Positions 11,051 to 25,100 of a stretch of 64,000 nt of DNA are shown here, piece after piece (position 1 is the stretch's first letter; the number at the start of each line of letters is the position of its first letter). The notes beneath the pieces are model-generated. The model was given only the letters and a program-made list of their open reading frames with translations. It did no database searches and was not told where the DNA came from. The DNA is taken from NCBI GenBank assembly GCA_028534125.1, contig CM052832.1:9612001-9676000 (forward strand). Reading direction: 5' to 3'. This DNA is from Lama glama. Taxonomy: Eukaryota. Position numbers and translations under genes: made by a program.

Positions 11051-12974
11051 ATTGAGTAACTTCTTAGTAAGGTAGGGGGAAAAATCGGTAATAAAATGGA
11101 GATGAGGGAGAACCACCTGCTTCAAAAGGAGGAAGAATACCTTGAGCTTGATTCCAGGAGTCAGGGTGTCCATGGGAAATCGTTACCCTCGGGCCGGGGG
11201 CTCCCCACTTGCGCCTGGGCACTGTCAGGTGATGCTCAGAGAATTAAACACTTGTTTCAGTGTGAGCCTGAGTGGAACAGGAGAATGACACACCCACGAT
11301 GAGTGGTTGAAGAGAATTCATAAATGAATGTATAACAAAATCCCAACGAAATGCAATTAGAATCTGGGGCCCCAGGGTTCTTTTGTGATGGCAAACAACT
11401 GACAAAGCCCAGGTCATTCCTCCTGGACCCACACAGACACTTCTAAGAGTCTCTGAGGACCCTGGCCCTTCTATTTAAAAGCCTCTCAGATCATCAACAG
11501 CTCACCTGAGTAAAGGTAGCTGGGGCAGCACCTTCCAACCCTGGACCCCACCAGTTCAGTTGACCCCTTTCCTGGGGCAACCCTGGTTCACAGTCAGTAG
11601 ACATGCTCCAAAACCCAACCTGCCCAGGGAGGTACAATCTGAGGGCCAATGCCACGGAGGGGACCTCTGCCAGCTTTACAAGGGAGGAGGCTGGTTACAG
11701 CCAACACCAAAGTAGCCTCACAAGAGGAGACAGTACAGGAGGGCACTGGGCCTCAGGAGCTGCGCAGGCACAGTCAGGTGCCCCCAGGCCCTCTGATGCT
11801 GGGTCACCTGTCCTCCCGCCTTCCCTCAGGCCACCTCGGCCCTCCCTGGTCCTTGCTCACCTCTTCCAGAAGCTCCACTTGCTCATACCACCCCATTCCG
11901 ACCTGAGCGCAGGCTTCTCCCTGAAGTCCTCAAGTTCAACCCTCTACTGATAGCTGTTCCTCTGTCCTGGTGAGTGGTGTTCAATGGGTTCCTCTGTTTA
12001 TTTGTCTCCATGACTACACTGCGAGCGCCCTGGGGAAAGGGAGTTATCCTATCCGTGTGATTGTGTTTCTTCCTCTCGCTGGTACAGGGCTCAGTCTGCA
12101 GGGAGTTGTCGCCCTGGCTCTCCTGGGGCCAGGACTCACTTCCTCACTGGTCAGTGCATTTGCTAAATGCCAGAAAAGTGAAAATAACTGAAGAAAAGTG
12201 ATGTCTCTCATCCCGTCCAGCCAGAATGCCCCTTTGATAAGCTGAGTCAACTCCTGTCACTCCCTCATGTCCCATCTCGCTCCGAATAACACCTAAAGCC
12301 CTTACTCGGGTCCAGGAGGCTCTGCACCGTGTGGGCCCTGCTCCGTCCTGGTCCCACTCCCACCACTCTCCAGGCACGTGGCCCCTCCATTCCAGGTGCT
12401 CGCTCGTCCCTCTCCCTGGAACGCTTTTCCACGTGGGGGCCTTCTCAGGCAGCTCTCCTTCCCCACCTTTTCTAAAATGCACCCCCCACCAAGCACCCAC
12501 CCCTTTCCTCTGCCCGTCTAGATCTGCTCACTCTCCACTTCACCCTGCGCGGGCCCTGGGAGGCTGGCAGCTACTGTGTCGTGCTTGGACAGGCCCTGTG
12601 CCCTCTGGCTTCTGTTCAACAAAGAACAGGCAGGATACTGGGAGGTGGGAGGGAGGAGAGGGAGGTCAGGGTATCTGTCCCTAGACTGGCACTCCCCCTG
12701 CAGGTTTGCTGCTGCCCCCTGGCCCCCTTGATGACCCACGGCCCTGGTTCTTGGCAGAAGGGCCTCACATAGGCCCCCCTCCAGCTCTGGTGACTGCTCC
12801 CTCCCCTCCCTGTAACTCACCCAGGCCCAGCTACCTACACTGTGTTCTGCTACACCTGCCCACATCTTGGGAGGTGATCACTTTATTAAACCTTCCTCAA
12901 AGCACCCAACCTGAGGATACTGTGGCTTTCCTCTCAGGACCCCGATTCACACCTGACATTACACATCTAATGTC

Positions 12975-14290
12975 TGTGAGCTGTCTGGCCCCTAACTAGA
13001 CTGTAAAGGCAGAGAATGTAGCGGCTTTGTTACACTCTGCTGCCTCCCAGCATCTGACTCAGCGCCTGCACTCAGTAGCTCAGTAAATATTTGTTGAAAG
13101 AGTGAATGTAGAAGGGAAGGATAAATGTCATCTGGAGAGAGGATACGGAGGCCGGAAGGACAGGCAAGATCTTCGGAGGTGATGGGGAGGAAGAGCACAA
13201 AGGCGCAGGATGTAGCACTGATGAGGGCAGCCGTCCCCCCTCAAGGAATAAAGACCCCTTTGTGTCCTTCTTAGCATGTCTCCACAATCTGTAACGATTT
13301 TGGTTTTGTTTTCCGTGTATGTCTTCCTGCTCAAATGGATTCCCTGGGGGCAGGGGGCATGTCTGTTTTGTCACTTGTCCTTGGAGCCTGGCACAGTACC
13401 TGACACACATAGAAGACACTAGATCCGTACTTGTTGAATAAATGAAAGGAATGTGAATTCTCCAAAAGAAACAGCCACTTGGCAGAGGACCTGGGGAGGC
13501 CAGGTTGGGCAGTTTGGATGCAGAGTGGGATGCACTGCAGGTCTTAGTGTGGGAAGTGGGGAGGGGGCGACAAAGTCCAGGCTTGTAGGAAGATGGGCCT
13601 GGCAGGGGACACAGGCTCAAGAAGAGCAGGGAGGCTGCTGCCCCTTCAGACAAGCAAGGAAGGAAGAGGTGGCAGAACGTGGTGAGGGGCAGGTACAGAT
13701 GGAGAATGAAGACTCTGGACCATTTGGAGGGTGAGATGGCGCCGTAAGGCCTGCGGTCCCGGCCCAGGTAAGCGCTCCAGGGCTGGCTGCTACTGGCCCC
13801 GCTGTTCCGAACTGCTGTCCGAAGTGGGAAGGCTGGGGACTGGAAGTGGTTTGGGCAGAAAAGTGAAGCAAATCCAATCTACCACGTTGCTTTGAAAGTA
13901 TAACCAGGCAGCTTAGTGGAGAGCAACCTACCGACAGATGCTGAGAATCACCGGGAGGTGACAGCTGGCAGTGGAAGGGCAGATGACCCATCTCCTGGGT
14001 GAGCAGAGGACTATCTGGGGCCAGCCACAGCTGGACAGGTTGGAGGAAGAACCAGCAAGGAAAAGGGAGGCCATGAAATAGAATAATCAGGAAAAGAGGG
14101 CAATGTCATGAAGGCCAGAGACACCTTTGAAGAGGGAGGGGCGGCCGACAGGGTCACATGTCCGCAGCGAAGGCCCAGTTGGATGTCACCGAGGGCCCCA
14201 TCCTAGAGGAGCACCAACTGTTGGCCTCTGGGACGGGCTGGGAGAGCCGAGGGTGCCAAGTCAAGTGTGCTCAGTGTTCAGGAGGGGTTT
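12975..14290. mobile_element. Cluster of L2 fragments in both orientations
   Basis: L2 3' ends (agtagctcagtaaatatttgttgaa; cctggcacagtacctgacaca...ttgttgaataaatgaa) plus an antisense L2 body at about 13900-14290. Confidence 0.55.
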
Positions 14291-15139
14291 CCTGCCTGTC
14301 CCGCAAGGGCAGTCCTGGGCACACTCCCTAAACCTCATTTGTGTCAGATTCAGTTGTCCCCCGAATCCATTCTTTCCTACTTTCCTTGGTGACAAGTCTC
14401 CCAAATTTTACCTAGTCACAGAGCCACATTTCCTCACTTGCCGTGCAGCCTGGCGAGGCCACGTGACTAGGAGGGGACAGCTTCTGGGCTTTGAGCTCCC
14501 CTTTACACACCCCACCACCCACTCCACTGGAATGTGGACCCAGCAGGTGAGGGGGCAGCCTTCTTCCAGCACACGGATGTGAGCATCATCCGAGGTGATA
14601 GACGAGCCATAAGACAGAAGACTTGACATCATCAGGCCACCAAGCCAGCCTGGGCCACCATCCAGACTTCCGTAGAAGGCATACAGTTCTGCCTTAAGGT
14701 GCTGTATTTTGGGGATTTTTTGTTAGAGCAGCCTAACTCGAGTTGGAATGTACCATTAAATTCAGTAGAGATACCATCATTATCCATTTTATGGAAACTG
14801 GTTTGGACATTTAGGGATTTGCCCACGACCTCACAGCTTGTAGGCTGTGGTGGGGCCACAAACACAAACGTCACCAAGCCTTGGCTCACTGAGCCACGTG
14901 GCCTCTACGTAAAGTGACTTCAGGCTTCCAGAAAAACAAAGCTCAGCTCCTTTTATGTTTGTTTCCCCACTGCCTTCCCCTGCAAAAAAAAAAAAAGCCA
15001 GGCTATTTTATTACTAGTTTCTCAGTTAACTTCACTGATCACCTTTTAACTTGGTCAGAAATAAAGGAAAGAGGCCTGTATCCTGACCCCCAGGGCCAGA
15101 GGTGGGAGGGACTATCCTACCTTGGGAGATGTGAAAACC

Positions 15140-17100
15140 TAGTGCAATGTCTGGATCTTATTTTAATCCTGGTTCATATAAGCCAACTATTAAAAAAATT
15201 TTAAAAATCTTTGCAACAACTGGAAAATTGAGTATTAACTGAACATTAGGGGATATTAGAAGATCACTGTTCATTTGTTAAGTGATATTGACATAGTGAT
15301 TATCTAAAAAAAAAGTCTTAACCCACATAAATGTGCCCCTCCTCCCAAAAAACCTAACCTTTGACAAAGGTACCAACATAATTCAATGGAGGAAGGGTAC
15401 CTTTTCAACAAAAGGTGCTGGATCAATTGGACATCCACAGGCAAAATAGTGAACCCAACCCAAACCCCACACTTTATAAAAAATTTACTAGAAATAGATC
15501 CAGGACTAAAATGTAAAACATACCTATAAAAATATTAGAAAAAAAGTACAGAAAAAGATCTTCAGAACCTAGGACCCGAAGAAGAGTTTCTAGACCCGTA
15601 CCAAAAACACAAACCATAAAATTAAAAAATTGATAAACTGAATTTCATCAAAATTTAAAACTTTTGCTCTGCCAAAGATCCTTGAGAAGAGAATGAAAAA
15701 CCAGCCACAGAGTGGAAGTATTTGTACACCACACATCTGACAAAGTTCTTGTATCAAAAATACATGCAGTATCTCCTCCAAAAATAAATAAACCTAGTTA
15801 CCTCCCCCCCAAAATAATTAAGTAATACGATAATGAATAAAGTATTTTTTAAAAAGAATATATGAAGAAACCTCAAAACAAAGAAACAATCCAGTTGGAA
15901 AATGGACAAAAGATTTAAGTGGATAATTCACCGAAGAGCATACACAGACAGCAAAAAGGCACGTGAAAAGATGTTCAACATCTAACCATGGAGGAAATGC
16001 AAATTAAGATCATAAGATATTAGTGCACACCTTTCAGCATGGCTAAAATTTTAAAAAATTATGATAACAACAAATATTGGTGAGGATGTGGAGAAACTGG
16101 CTGCCTACATTGCTAGCAGGAACACAAAATGGTACAGCCAGGCTGAAAAGAGTTTGTTTCTTTTAAAATGAAACATACAGTTACCATAGGACCAGAGTTG
16201 CCTTCCTAGGCATTTATTGCCGTGAAATGAAGACTATACACAGATGTTCATAGCTGCTTTATTCATAACAGCTCCAAACTGGAAACAGTCTAGATGTCCC
16301 TCCTTGTGTGAATGGTTAAGCAGACTGTGGTACATCCATTCCTGGCATATTGCTCAGCAATGAAAAGTCAGGAACCGCAGACAAACACAACCACCTGGCT
16401 GGCTCTCCCTCACTTATGCTGAGTGAAAAAAGCCCACTTCAAAAGGTTACAAACTTTGTAACTCCATTTATATAACATTTTAAAAATAAAATTATAGAGA
16501 TGGAGAACAGAGCAGTGGCTGCCAGGGGCTAGCGATGGGGAAGAGGAGAGGTAGATGTGGTTATAAGGAAATAACATGAAGGAACCTCGTGGTTATGGAA
16601 ATGTTCTGTATCTTGATTGTGAATCTACACATGACAAAACTGCATAGAACCACACACACACACACACGTGCGCGCGCGCACACACACACACACGAAATGG
16701 TGAAATCTGAATACTCTGTGGACTGTATGTATATCACTTTCCTGGCTTTGACACTGCACTATAGTTATTCGAGATGCTCCCACTGAAGGACTGGGTAAAG
16801 GGTACACGGGACCTCCCTGAACTCTTTTTTTCTTTTGCAACATCCTGTCATCTATAATTACCTCAAAAAAGTTTTAAAGGTCTATCAGAGATGCATAATA
16901 ACATATTTACCGATTACATGACATAGTTCTTAGATTTGTTTTTAAAAATACTTTAGGAATTAAAAAAAAATAAGTAGAAGAAATAGATGAAACAGAAGTG
17001 AAAAGATGTTCTATAAGTGTTGCAGCTGGGTGAAGAATATATAGGGAAAATATACTTTCCTTTCTAGTTTTGTGTTTGCAGATTTTCCAAATAAAGTTTT
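15140..17100 (+). mobile_element. L1MB/MC-type LINE-1 3' part, flanked by older L1M pieces
   Basis: Decayed ORF2 (tttgacaaagg...ttttcaacaaaaggtgctgg; gaaatgcaaattaa; ggtgaggatgtggagaaactgg) and 3' UTR with a (CA)n tract. Confidence 0.75.
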
Positions 17101-17209
17101 AGTTTGAAAGGGTACTCTGTCCAACATAAGGTCTAAGCCTTACTTATCTGTACAAAGCCTTTCTCACTGCTGTAACTTTTGCATGCAAATTCACTTCAAA
17201 GCTTGTAAT

Positions 17210-19150
17210 TCTGTTTCATTTACAAAGTTTTTATTATGACCTTTTATTAAGAGCATAAATCACATACTTAATTTGACTCTGTTTACTGCTTTTTCGCATT
17301 ATGAATTCCCTCAAAGTTATAAAAAAATAAAAGCTTATAAATATACATTGAGGATTATGCACAGTTTTTACACAACAACAGTCGGGTCAGTGTTTCAGGT
17401 TAACATCTCCCAGTGTCTCATCCAGAACAGAACTATAGCAGTGCAGCCTCTGGGATCTCAACAGCAGAAACGGCAATTCTTTCCCAAATCCCACCGCATC
17501 CCTCAGCATAACAGCATTCAGCAGGTGTCTGTTCTGGATGGTAACAGGAGGAGCTGCTGGGCTGACTGCTCCCAAGAGCGGGTGAGAACAGCCAGCTGGG
17601 AAAGTGTCCGCCCTGCATAGGCCATGGCTCAAACCTGGGACTGTATTTAAACTCAACAGGCCAAGAATTAGCAAAGCAAAATTATAAACTCAGAGTGGGT
17701 CAGCGCAGGCCCAACTGGACTACTTTCAACTGGATGAGTTTCAGGTCACATAAACCGGAAAAACTCTTACTTGGTCCAGAGTTGGGGAATCATTTTCTCA
17801 CTTAGCATCCCCTCTTTGGTTACTGACAAGCGGCACTTTCCTTCCAATGGGATAAAGCGCTTCGAGGACAGTGAGGTCAGAGGAACATGGAGCTTGCTGT
17901 CAAGACACAAACACCAAGTGTTTCAAGTTTTCAAAATCACCAAGAGGATGGAAGGTTAAGAAATGACTGTGGAAGCCGAGTATGAGGAAAGTCCCGTACG
18001 GATTTGTTTACCCTGTGTTAACTCCCACGTGTCAGTGGCATTCATCTTCTTTAGACTTGGTTTTAAAACCTCTTCCTTTGGAGACCAGCCTGCCCAGCAT
18101 CTTCCTTTTTCGGTTTGGAGGGCACATCAAGGATGAAGTCTTCTCTCCCAGGAAGCAAAGAGGTTGGACAGATTCAGACTTGCAGGCTCCTCTCTGCCCC
18201 CTTCTGCTATAAAGTGGGCACGTGGCCTTCCTTTGCTGCCAGCCTCTCAGCAGAGCGGCCAGGTGTCTCAGCTTTCAGAACACAAGGCCAAAATCTCATC
18301 CCCAGCCGCCCCCCACCCAATCCTCTTCTTGTTTAAAATCGGTGATTCCTCTATCAAGTCACAGCATAATATATCCACTGATGTAGGCTCTTTGTCAAAG
18401 AAAACCTTTCTTCCCAGGATGGGGCAGGACCTGGCCGATCCCAAGCACACACTCCACAGAGGGACAGTAAATGATCAGTCCCTCAGGAGAGGGCACTGCC
18501 CGGCCCTAGGGAGCTTTCATCACATGCAGATGAGAATCAGGGCTGCCTTCTGCGTCATCCTCCTCACAAGAATGCATCTGCTCACACCTCCTGACTCCGG
18601 CCGGCCTCAGATCAGGATTCATATGTTCCCAACATGCTACAGGAGGGAAAATCACCTTCGATCAGCTCAACAGGGTATTTGGAGCCAAGGTGAGGAGAGA
18701 AGAAAGAAGGAGATTCTAGGAGGATAAATTGGTACCACAAATTGTCAGTCAATAAAAGGGGTCCAGACGTCCTGAAATACAAATTAAGCAAACAGTCTTT
18801 CTGGCAGTGAGCAAAGCAGGCAAAGAGCCTTTTCTTTCCTGCCACCTTCCCTGGTCTTCCAGGTTTCAAGGAATCAAGTCCCATGATAATAAATGAAGTC
18901 CCTGGCCGTTTCTATGCCCCATGGCATGGCCCAGTTGGTTAAAAAAGGCCTTGTTGTTACAATCGTATCTTTGTCAACCCAAACGTCCAACGAAAATAGG
19001 TCAATCTCAACAGAGAGTATGCAGTTAAAATCATGCCCAGTCACACTCCGGCAGCCTCGGCTCAACCACCCTCTTCTTCCCTTGAGTGGCTTTGACTCCC
19101 CCAGGAGGGTGATGTCCACGTCTCTGCACAAGGCAGGCTTCCTTCTCAGC
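17210..19150 (-). other. TAF8: TAF8 3' UTR up to the proximal polyadenylation signals
   Basis: Follows the stop codon; minus-strand AATAAA at 17243-17248 and 17230-17235. Confidence 0.6.
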
Positions 19151-19163
19151 TCACGAGAGGGAC
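19151..19163 (-). CDS. TAF8: TAF8 exon 9, coding part (K-SLS-stop)
   Basis: ttcctcttctttctag acceptor, then G TCC CTC TCG TGA; matches the recalled human SLS C-terminus. Confidence 0.9.
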
Positions 19164-22100
19164 CTAGAAAGAAGAGGAATCCATGGAGCCTGCCTGGGGG
19201 GCCGCCTGCCCTCCTAGCTGGGGAGCAATGGCTGGGCTGCGCGGGTTGGTCCCTGGGCTGCAGGAGGCTCAGGCTCTATGCACGAGAGGTACACACGGGA
19301 GACGAGGAAGGAGAGGAAGAGGGACCATGTTTCCTCTCACCAGAGAAGCTTTCCCTGAGGTCCAGACCCACTGGTGAGCCTCTCTTTGCCGCCAAGGAGC
19401 AGAGGCGCCCACCTTGGCTGGCCAGGGAGTCCTCTCTGCACCCTAGCCTCCAACTCACTTCTTCCTGCGGATCTTGGGTTTTTTCACAGGCCGCAGGTAG
19501 GGGTTATCGATGACGTTCTCCTCCCCGTTCCGGCTGCCCGACAAGGAGGGGTTCTGCTGCAGGACAGATGTGTTCTCCTTCTCGGCTCCAGAATCGTCCT
19601 TTGAGAAAAAGCCAAAATAAAGCAAAACACCAAGGGCATAAGGAAAGAGATCGTGCCCACGAGAAGGGCTACCATCAGCATCCCTTTCATCGAGAAATGA
19701 GAAGCCCACCCTCTGTGCAACGTGCCTAACTCTGCCCCAGACAACAGGAGGCCAGGCAGCGGCTGGCTGTGGGAGGAAAGCGGGAGCAGCAGCCTTGACG
19801 CGGTGGAACACAGAACACGGACCCCTGAGTCTCCTAAGGAGGCCGGGACAGGAGTGAGAAGGAATAGAGACCTGGGAGGGGCGGGGCTCAGGGGCCATAA
19901 CTAAGACGCTTCAGGGAGGAAGCCCTGCCTGGGGAGAGATCAAGAGAAAGAGAGAAGGCCCTCAAACCTCGCAGGACTGAGAGGTACAGGGCCAGAACAA
20001 ATCAGGGGAGCAAAGCATCTTCTGGACCAAAGCTCATGTAAATCATAATCTATTTCCCAATTCTCAAATATTGGGTACTTGCAACACAGTACCAATGATC
20101 ATATCCCAGAAGAGGCCAGAAACTTCTTGAGCCCCGAGGGTTCTACCAAGGAGGAGCAATGCATGCTGGCCCCACCTGAGAACTTCATCCAAGATCCCCA
20201 TCTCTGGCCTGTAGAACAGGACTTTCACTGTGCATTTTTTGAGGAAAGTGATTTTGGAGAAAAGTTTGTAAGTTTGTATGTATTCAATATGATCCCAGTT
20301 AAAAACTGTTTAAATCACAATTGGGTGTGGACACAGGAAAAAGTAAATTTTAAAGACTGCTTCTGGTAATATGGGTGATTGATTCTCCTTTCTTTCTTTC
20401 TTTTTTTTTTTTTTACTCTCTATTTTCCAAGTTCTTTAAAACGAGCAGAAGCTGCAGGGGAAGGCGGAAAAAAAATCACAGGAAGAAGTTGACCTTGAAG
20501 CTCAGGCCTAAGTGACTGTAAGTGTCCAGAAGCTGGTTGGGCTGTGCCCCCTGGTGGCAGACCAAACGTTCTGTCACTGAGATTCCTGTCCTGTAACTAG
20601 AGGTAAAAGAGGACCTGATTTTGGGTGTGGGAACAGCTCAGTGGTACAGTGCATGCTTACCATGCATGAGGTTCCTGGGCATGAGGTTCCTGGGTTCAAT
20701 CCCCAGTACCTCCTCTAAAAATAAATAAACCTAATTATCACCTGCCCCCTGCCCCAAACGAAAAAAGAGGACATGATCTCAACCAGGAGATTGTGCTGTC
20801 CAAAGACAGCAGGACAGAGGATGCTGCAATTGGATGGCAGATTCTCCCACAGGGACTGCTGGCCGAGGAGGCTGGTGCCAGTTTGGGCTCAACGAGCCTG
20901 AAGAGAGTGAATGGCTCTGAGGTTCCACTGGCACCACCTCTCACTGCCCGTCAACCCTGTTCTCCCTGGAGACCCAGTGCCATCCAGAGCCCCTGAGCTT
21001 TCCCTCTCCAACACCAAGGTGACCTATAGCCACTGTGGACCTCCTGGCTCTCTTGAAAGTGAGCCCCTGGCTGTGCCAGACCTGGCTTGCCCTGAATACC
21101 TGGCTCCCCACCTTTCTTAATGGCTTGTCTGAGTAACTCACTCCCACCTCCTCCTATCATTTCTCCACAGTAATTGGTCTAGCTTCAAAGTTACTGGAAG
21201 TTCACTTCAACTGTGCCTTAAGTGTTTCCTGAGATAATACAGGTGGAGGTGACATGGTCAGGGGCGCTGAAGAGCCAGTCCTGGGGCCACTGCTCGAGGC
21301 TCCCTCCCCCGTTCGTCTCACCACGCCTCACAAGTGGGCCAGGACGGGGCACAACAGACTTCTCTTCTCCCAAGTGGAGCTTCTGGAAATGCCATTTTCT
21401 TTGCCCCCTTCCAGGACAGGCAGCCTTGAGATGGGAAAGGATGGGAGGAGTAGATAAAAGAAGTAAAGTACTGAACTGAGATTTGTGAAAAAGAAGGGAG
21501 CAGAAAGGTCTGTAAGGAGCAACTGGGGCCTGGAAAGGCCAGACTCAGGCAACGTGTGTGCACTCTTAATGAACCCCACACTCCCGGGGGTAACTGTGTC
21601 AGTCTCACAGCTTTCAACCCCACTTCCACACCATCTCCTCCTGGTGCCCCTCCAGCCCTCACCTCTCTCCTGACCTCCAGGCTTGCACAGTCACTGGCAC
21701 TCAACGTGGTCAAGCAGGCATCTCCGATCCAATGTGCCTGAAACTGAACCCCAGATCCCCGCCTTGGCATGAGCAGCTCCTCCCACAGTCCTCCCATCAC
21801 AATAGACAGAGACCCCCATCCTTCCAGTGGTCCAAGCCCCAGACTCCACAGTCATTCCTACATCTTTTCTTTCTCTGACATCCGACAGCCACATTTGTTA
21901 GGAAACTTCTTGGCCTTTCCTTCAAAATCCAGGCAGAATCTGACCACTTCCACTGTCTCTACTGCGACCACTGTGGGAGGACCCACCATTGTCTTTACTG
22001 GGACAACAACTTCCTTACTGCCCTCCCTCCACAGTCCCTTCTCTGCCTGCCCCATTCTCACCATCGCAGTCAATGCTCCCTAGAGAACTCTGGATCTGTC

Positions 22101-25100
22101 CCTCTGCTCCACACCCTCCCACGACTCCCACTTCACCCAGTGAAGACAGTTCATAAAACTGCTTACAAGGCCCTTCCTGATCTGACCTCTCCCCCTACCC
22201 ACTGCCTTCCGCAGCCACACCCACACTCACCTCTGTGCCGTGGGGCCTTTGCACTGGCTGTTCCCTTTCCAGAACACTCTTCCCCAGATATCCACATGGT
22301 TCATTCCCTCACCTCCTTCAAGACTCTGCTCCGATGTCACCTCCTCTGTGATGTCTACTCTGAATACCCTATTTACAACTCAAACTTCACCCTTTACCCT
22401 GGACCTTTCCCTACTGTTTCCCGTCCACCCCACAGCACTTTCATCTCTAACAGACCATATAATGACGTACTGACATACTATGTTTATGGTCGCTCCCGCA
22501 CTGGCCAGGATCCCCAAAGGCAGGGGTTGCCTCTGCTCTGTTCACTGATACGTAAGCACCCAGACAGTATCTGGCATCTACCAGGTACTAAATAAATCCT
22601 TGTTGAGTAAATGAATGGTACACTGTTCCTAAAAGAGTAAAAGTTTAGATGCTGGAATTCCCTGCAGAAGGCAGCTAGTACAAATATATGAGAAAAAAAA
22701 TCCTATTATACACTAAGTTTAAATGAATAGTCCCTTTATGTTCAAGTAGATGGAGAAACCACAGCCAAGTTAACCAAAGTGTCTAGCAGCAGTCCTTGAG
22801 AGATGTGTCATCGATAGAGGAAAGAGCAATTTAAAATACCAGTTACTAAGGGGAGAGGGAATAGCTCAAGCGGTAGAGCACATGCCTAGCATGTATGAGG
22901 TCCTGGGTTCAATCCCCGTTTGCTCCTCTAAAAAGAAAGAAAGAAACCTAATTACCTCCCCTCCAACAACAAATAAAATACCAGTTACTGACTTCACTGT
23001 AATAATGTCGGTCCACAGGGGACTAGCTCGATTCAATCGTTAAACCCACACAATGCAGCGATGAAGCAGGGGCAGAAACCCTTTGTGATTTGCTGTTTGT
23101 GTTTGAAACAACAATTAAAACCATCTCTAGAAGGATTCACAAGAGACTAGTGACACTGGTTGCTTTGCAGGAGGGAAAGTGAACCAGGACGGGCAGAAGA
23201 ATTGTCACCATACACCTTCTCAGACATTCTGAACTTTAAACATAGGATTGCATTCGCCAGGCCAACAAAAGAACAAGCCTGACTGACTGTCCATAAATTG
23301 TTGCTGGAATCCTTTTCCTGAAGTCTTTCTATTTGTTTATTTTTCACAGAAGAACATACGGCCATACAGTTGCTGACGGGTGGGGGGCACCACGAGCTGC
23401 CGCCGGCCAGCACCCGACAGAGATGAGCTCATTGCATCTCAGCTTCTTTTCTCCCCGAGGCAGGCGTTTCTAGTCCTATTTGTATTTGTGAGGAAACAGG
23501 CTCAGATGTTGGGTGATGCAAGCAAAGTCGCTTAGCTGGAAAGTAGCCCTGTCTGGATTCGCAGGCAGGCCATTCTGACTCGGAGGCTCAGTTCTGTCTA
23601 CTCTTTGCTGCCTGGCTTGGCCTCTGGGGTCCTGGAGTCCTCGGGTGACTCCTGGCATCCATGCAGCCTTGGTTCCTCACCTCTGTAACCTCACCTACAG
23701 CAGTAACTGGAGTGTGAGATAACACACCTACAAGCCCTGCAGCTACTTTGTACTTACAAAGGGATGGTGATGTTTGCTTAGAAGATTCCTCCTTCTCAGA
23801 AGGTGAACCTCATCTTAGTCCATGACCCAATCACCACATCTCAGACCAAATTAACCGAGTCCAAAACAGAAGTGCAGAATAACAAGTTCCTCTGCTTTAC
23901 ATAAAGCCATGGGCTCCCAGCCCTAATTCTGAAAGGAATAATTCAACATTAAAGAAACATGCGTTCAGGTGCGGGAGACCATCAGCAAATCAGAGGCGGC
24001 ACTGGCACTCTCTACCTGCATCCTGCAGCTGCCGGCTGCTGCCGCTGCATCGCACCCTGGAGAACATGAGGAACGCCCAGTCCAGCTACAACCACTAAGC
24101 CACCCTTTGCTTAAAAGCCAGGGCCCATCTGAAAGGATGGGTGAATACAGTAACCTGACTATGAGGGTCCTGTAAGCCTTAGAGGCATGAGAGCTCCCAG
24201 CAGGTCTGTGACTCTACCTGGCACTTTCCTCAAGAGGCAGGAACAAGGGTGGGCCTTATCCTGTTACTCATCGAGAGCAACACATCGCAACCAGAAGAGA
24301 ACATCCCCAGGTCCCAACGAGCACACCTCATCCCGACCTTTGTCTCTGTGCCCACACACTCCACCTCCTACCCTGGCTCTGAAATGTCCACAGTAAGGCT
24401 AACTCCTCCTCTCGGGCACTAGATCCCCTGCCCGCTCACCTACCAAAGATCATCATCCCAAAATGTTTCTTCCTCTCCTGCACCAATTTTCCCTCTACCA
24501 GACCATTCCCATCAGCATACAAACATCCTGCTATTTCTTTTATCTTAAAAAAACAGGTAAAAACCAAAAGGCGGCCAGTGTGACTAAGGGAGGGAATTTT
24601 TTATTTAATTTAAACTTAATTAGCCACATGCGGCCACTGGCCACTGTAGTGGACAACACAAGGCCATCCTCACCGACTCCAACTTCTCTTCTCGCATTCT
24701 CTTTGAATTCACTTGCTCTCATGCTTCCTGAAATCGCTCCTGTCAAGGTGACAGATTATACTCGCGCTGCCAAATCTAACAGACCACATCTTGGGCCTCA
24801 TGTGACTGTAACTAACTGCAGCTTCTGACACAGCTGATCACTTCCTCCCTTGGCCTCCGGGACACCACACCCTCCTGGTTCTCCCATCTCTCCAGCTATG
24901 CCTCCTCGGCTGGTCCCCCCGCATCTCCTCATCCTCTGAACAGTGCAGAGCCCCAGGGCTCAGTCCCGGCACCTCTTCTCTTTTTGGTTCTCACTCGCTC
25001 CCTAGGCGCTCACCAAGTCTCGTGGTTTTAAACACTACCTACACGTGAAGACTCCCGGATTTGCACCTCGAGTCCTAACAGCACCCCAAACTCCCTAACT

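Noticed and set aside
18893..19513. 206-aa ORF antisense to TAF8 exons 8-9
   Set aside because: No recognisable homology or promoter; probably a by-product of GC-rich sequence.
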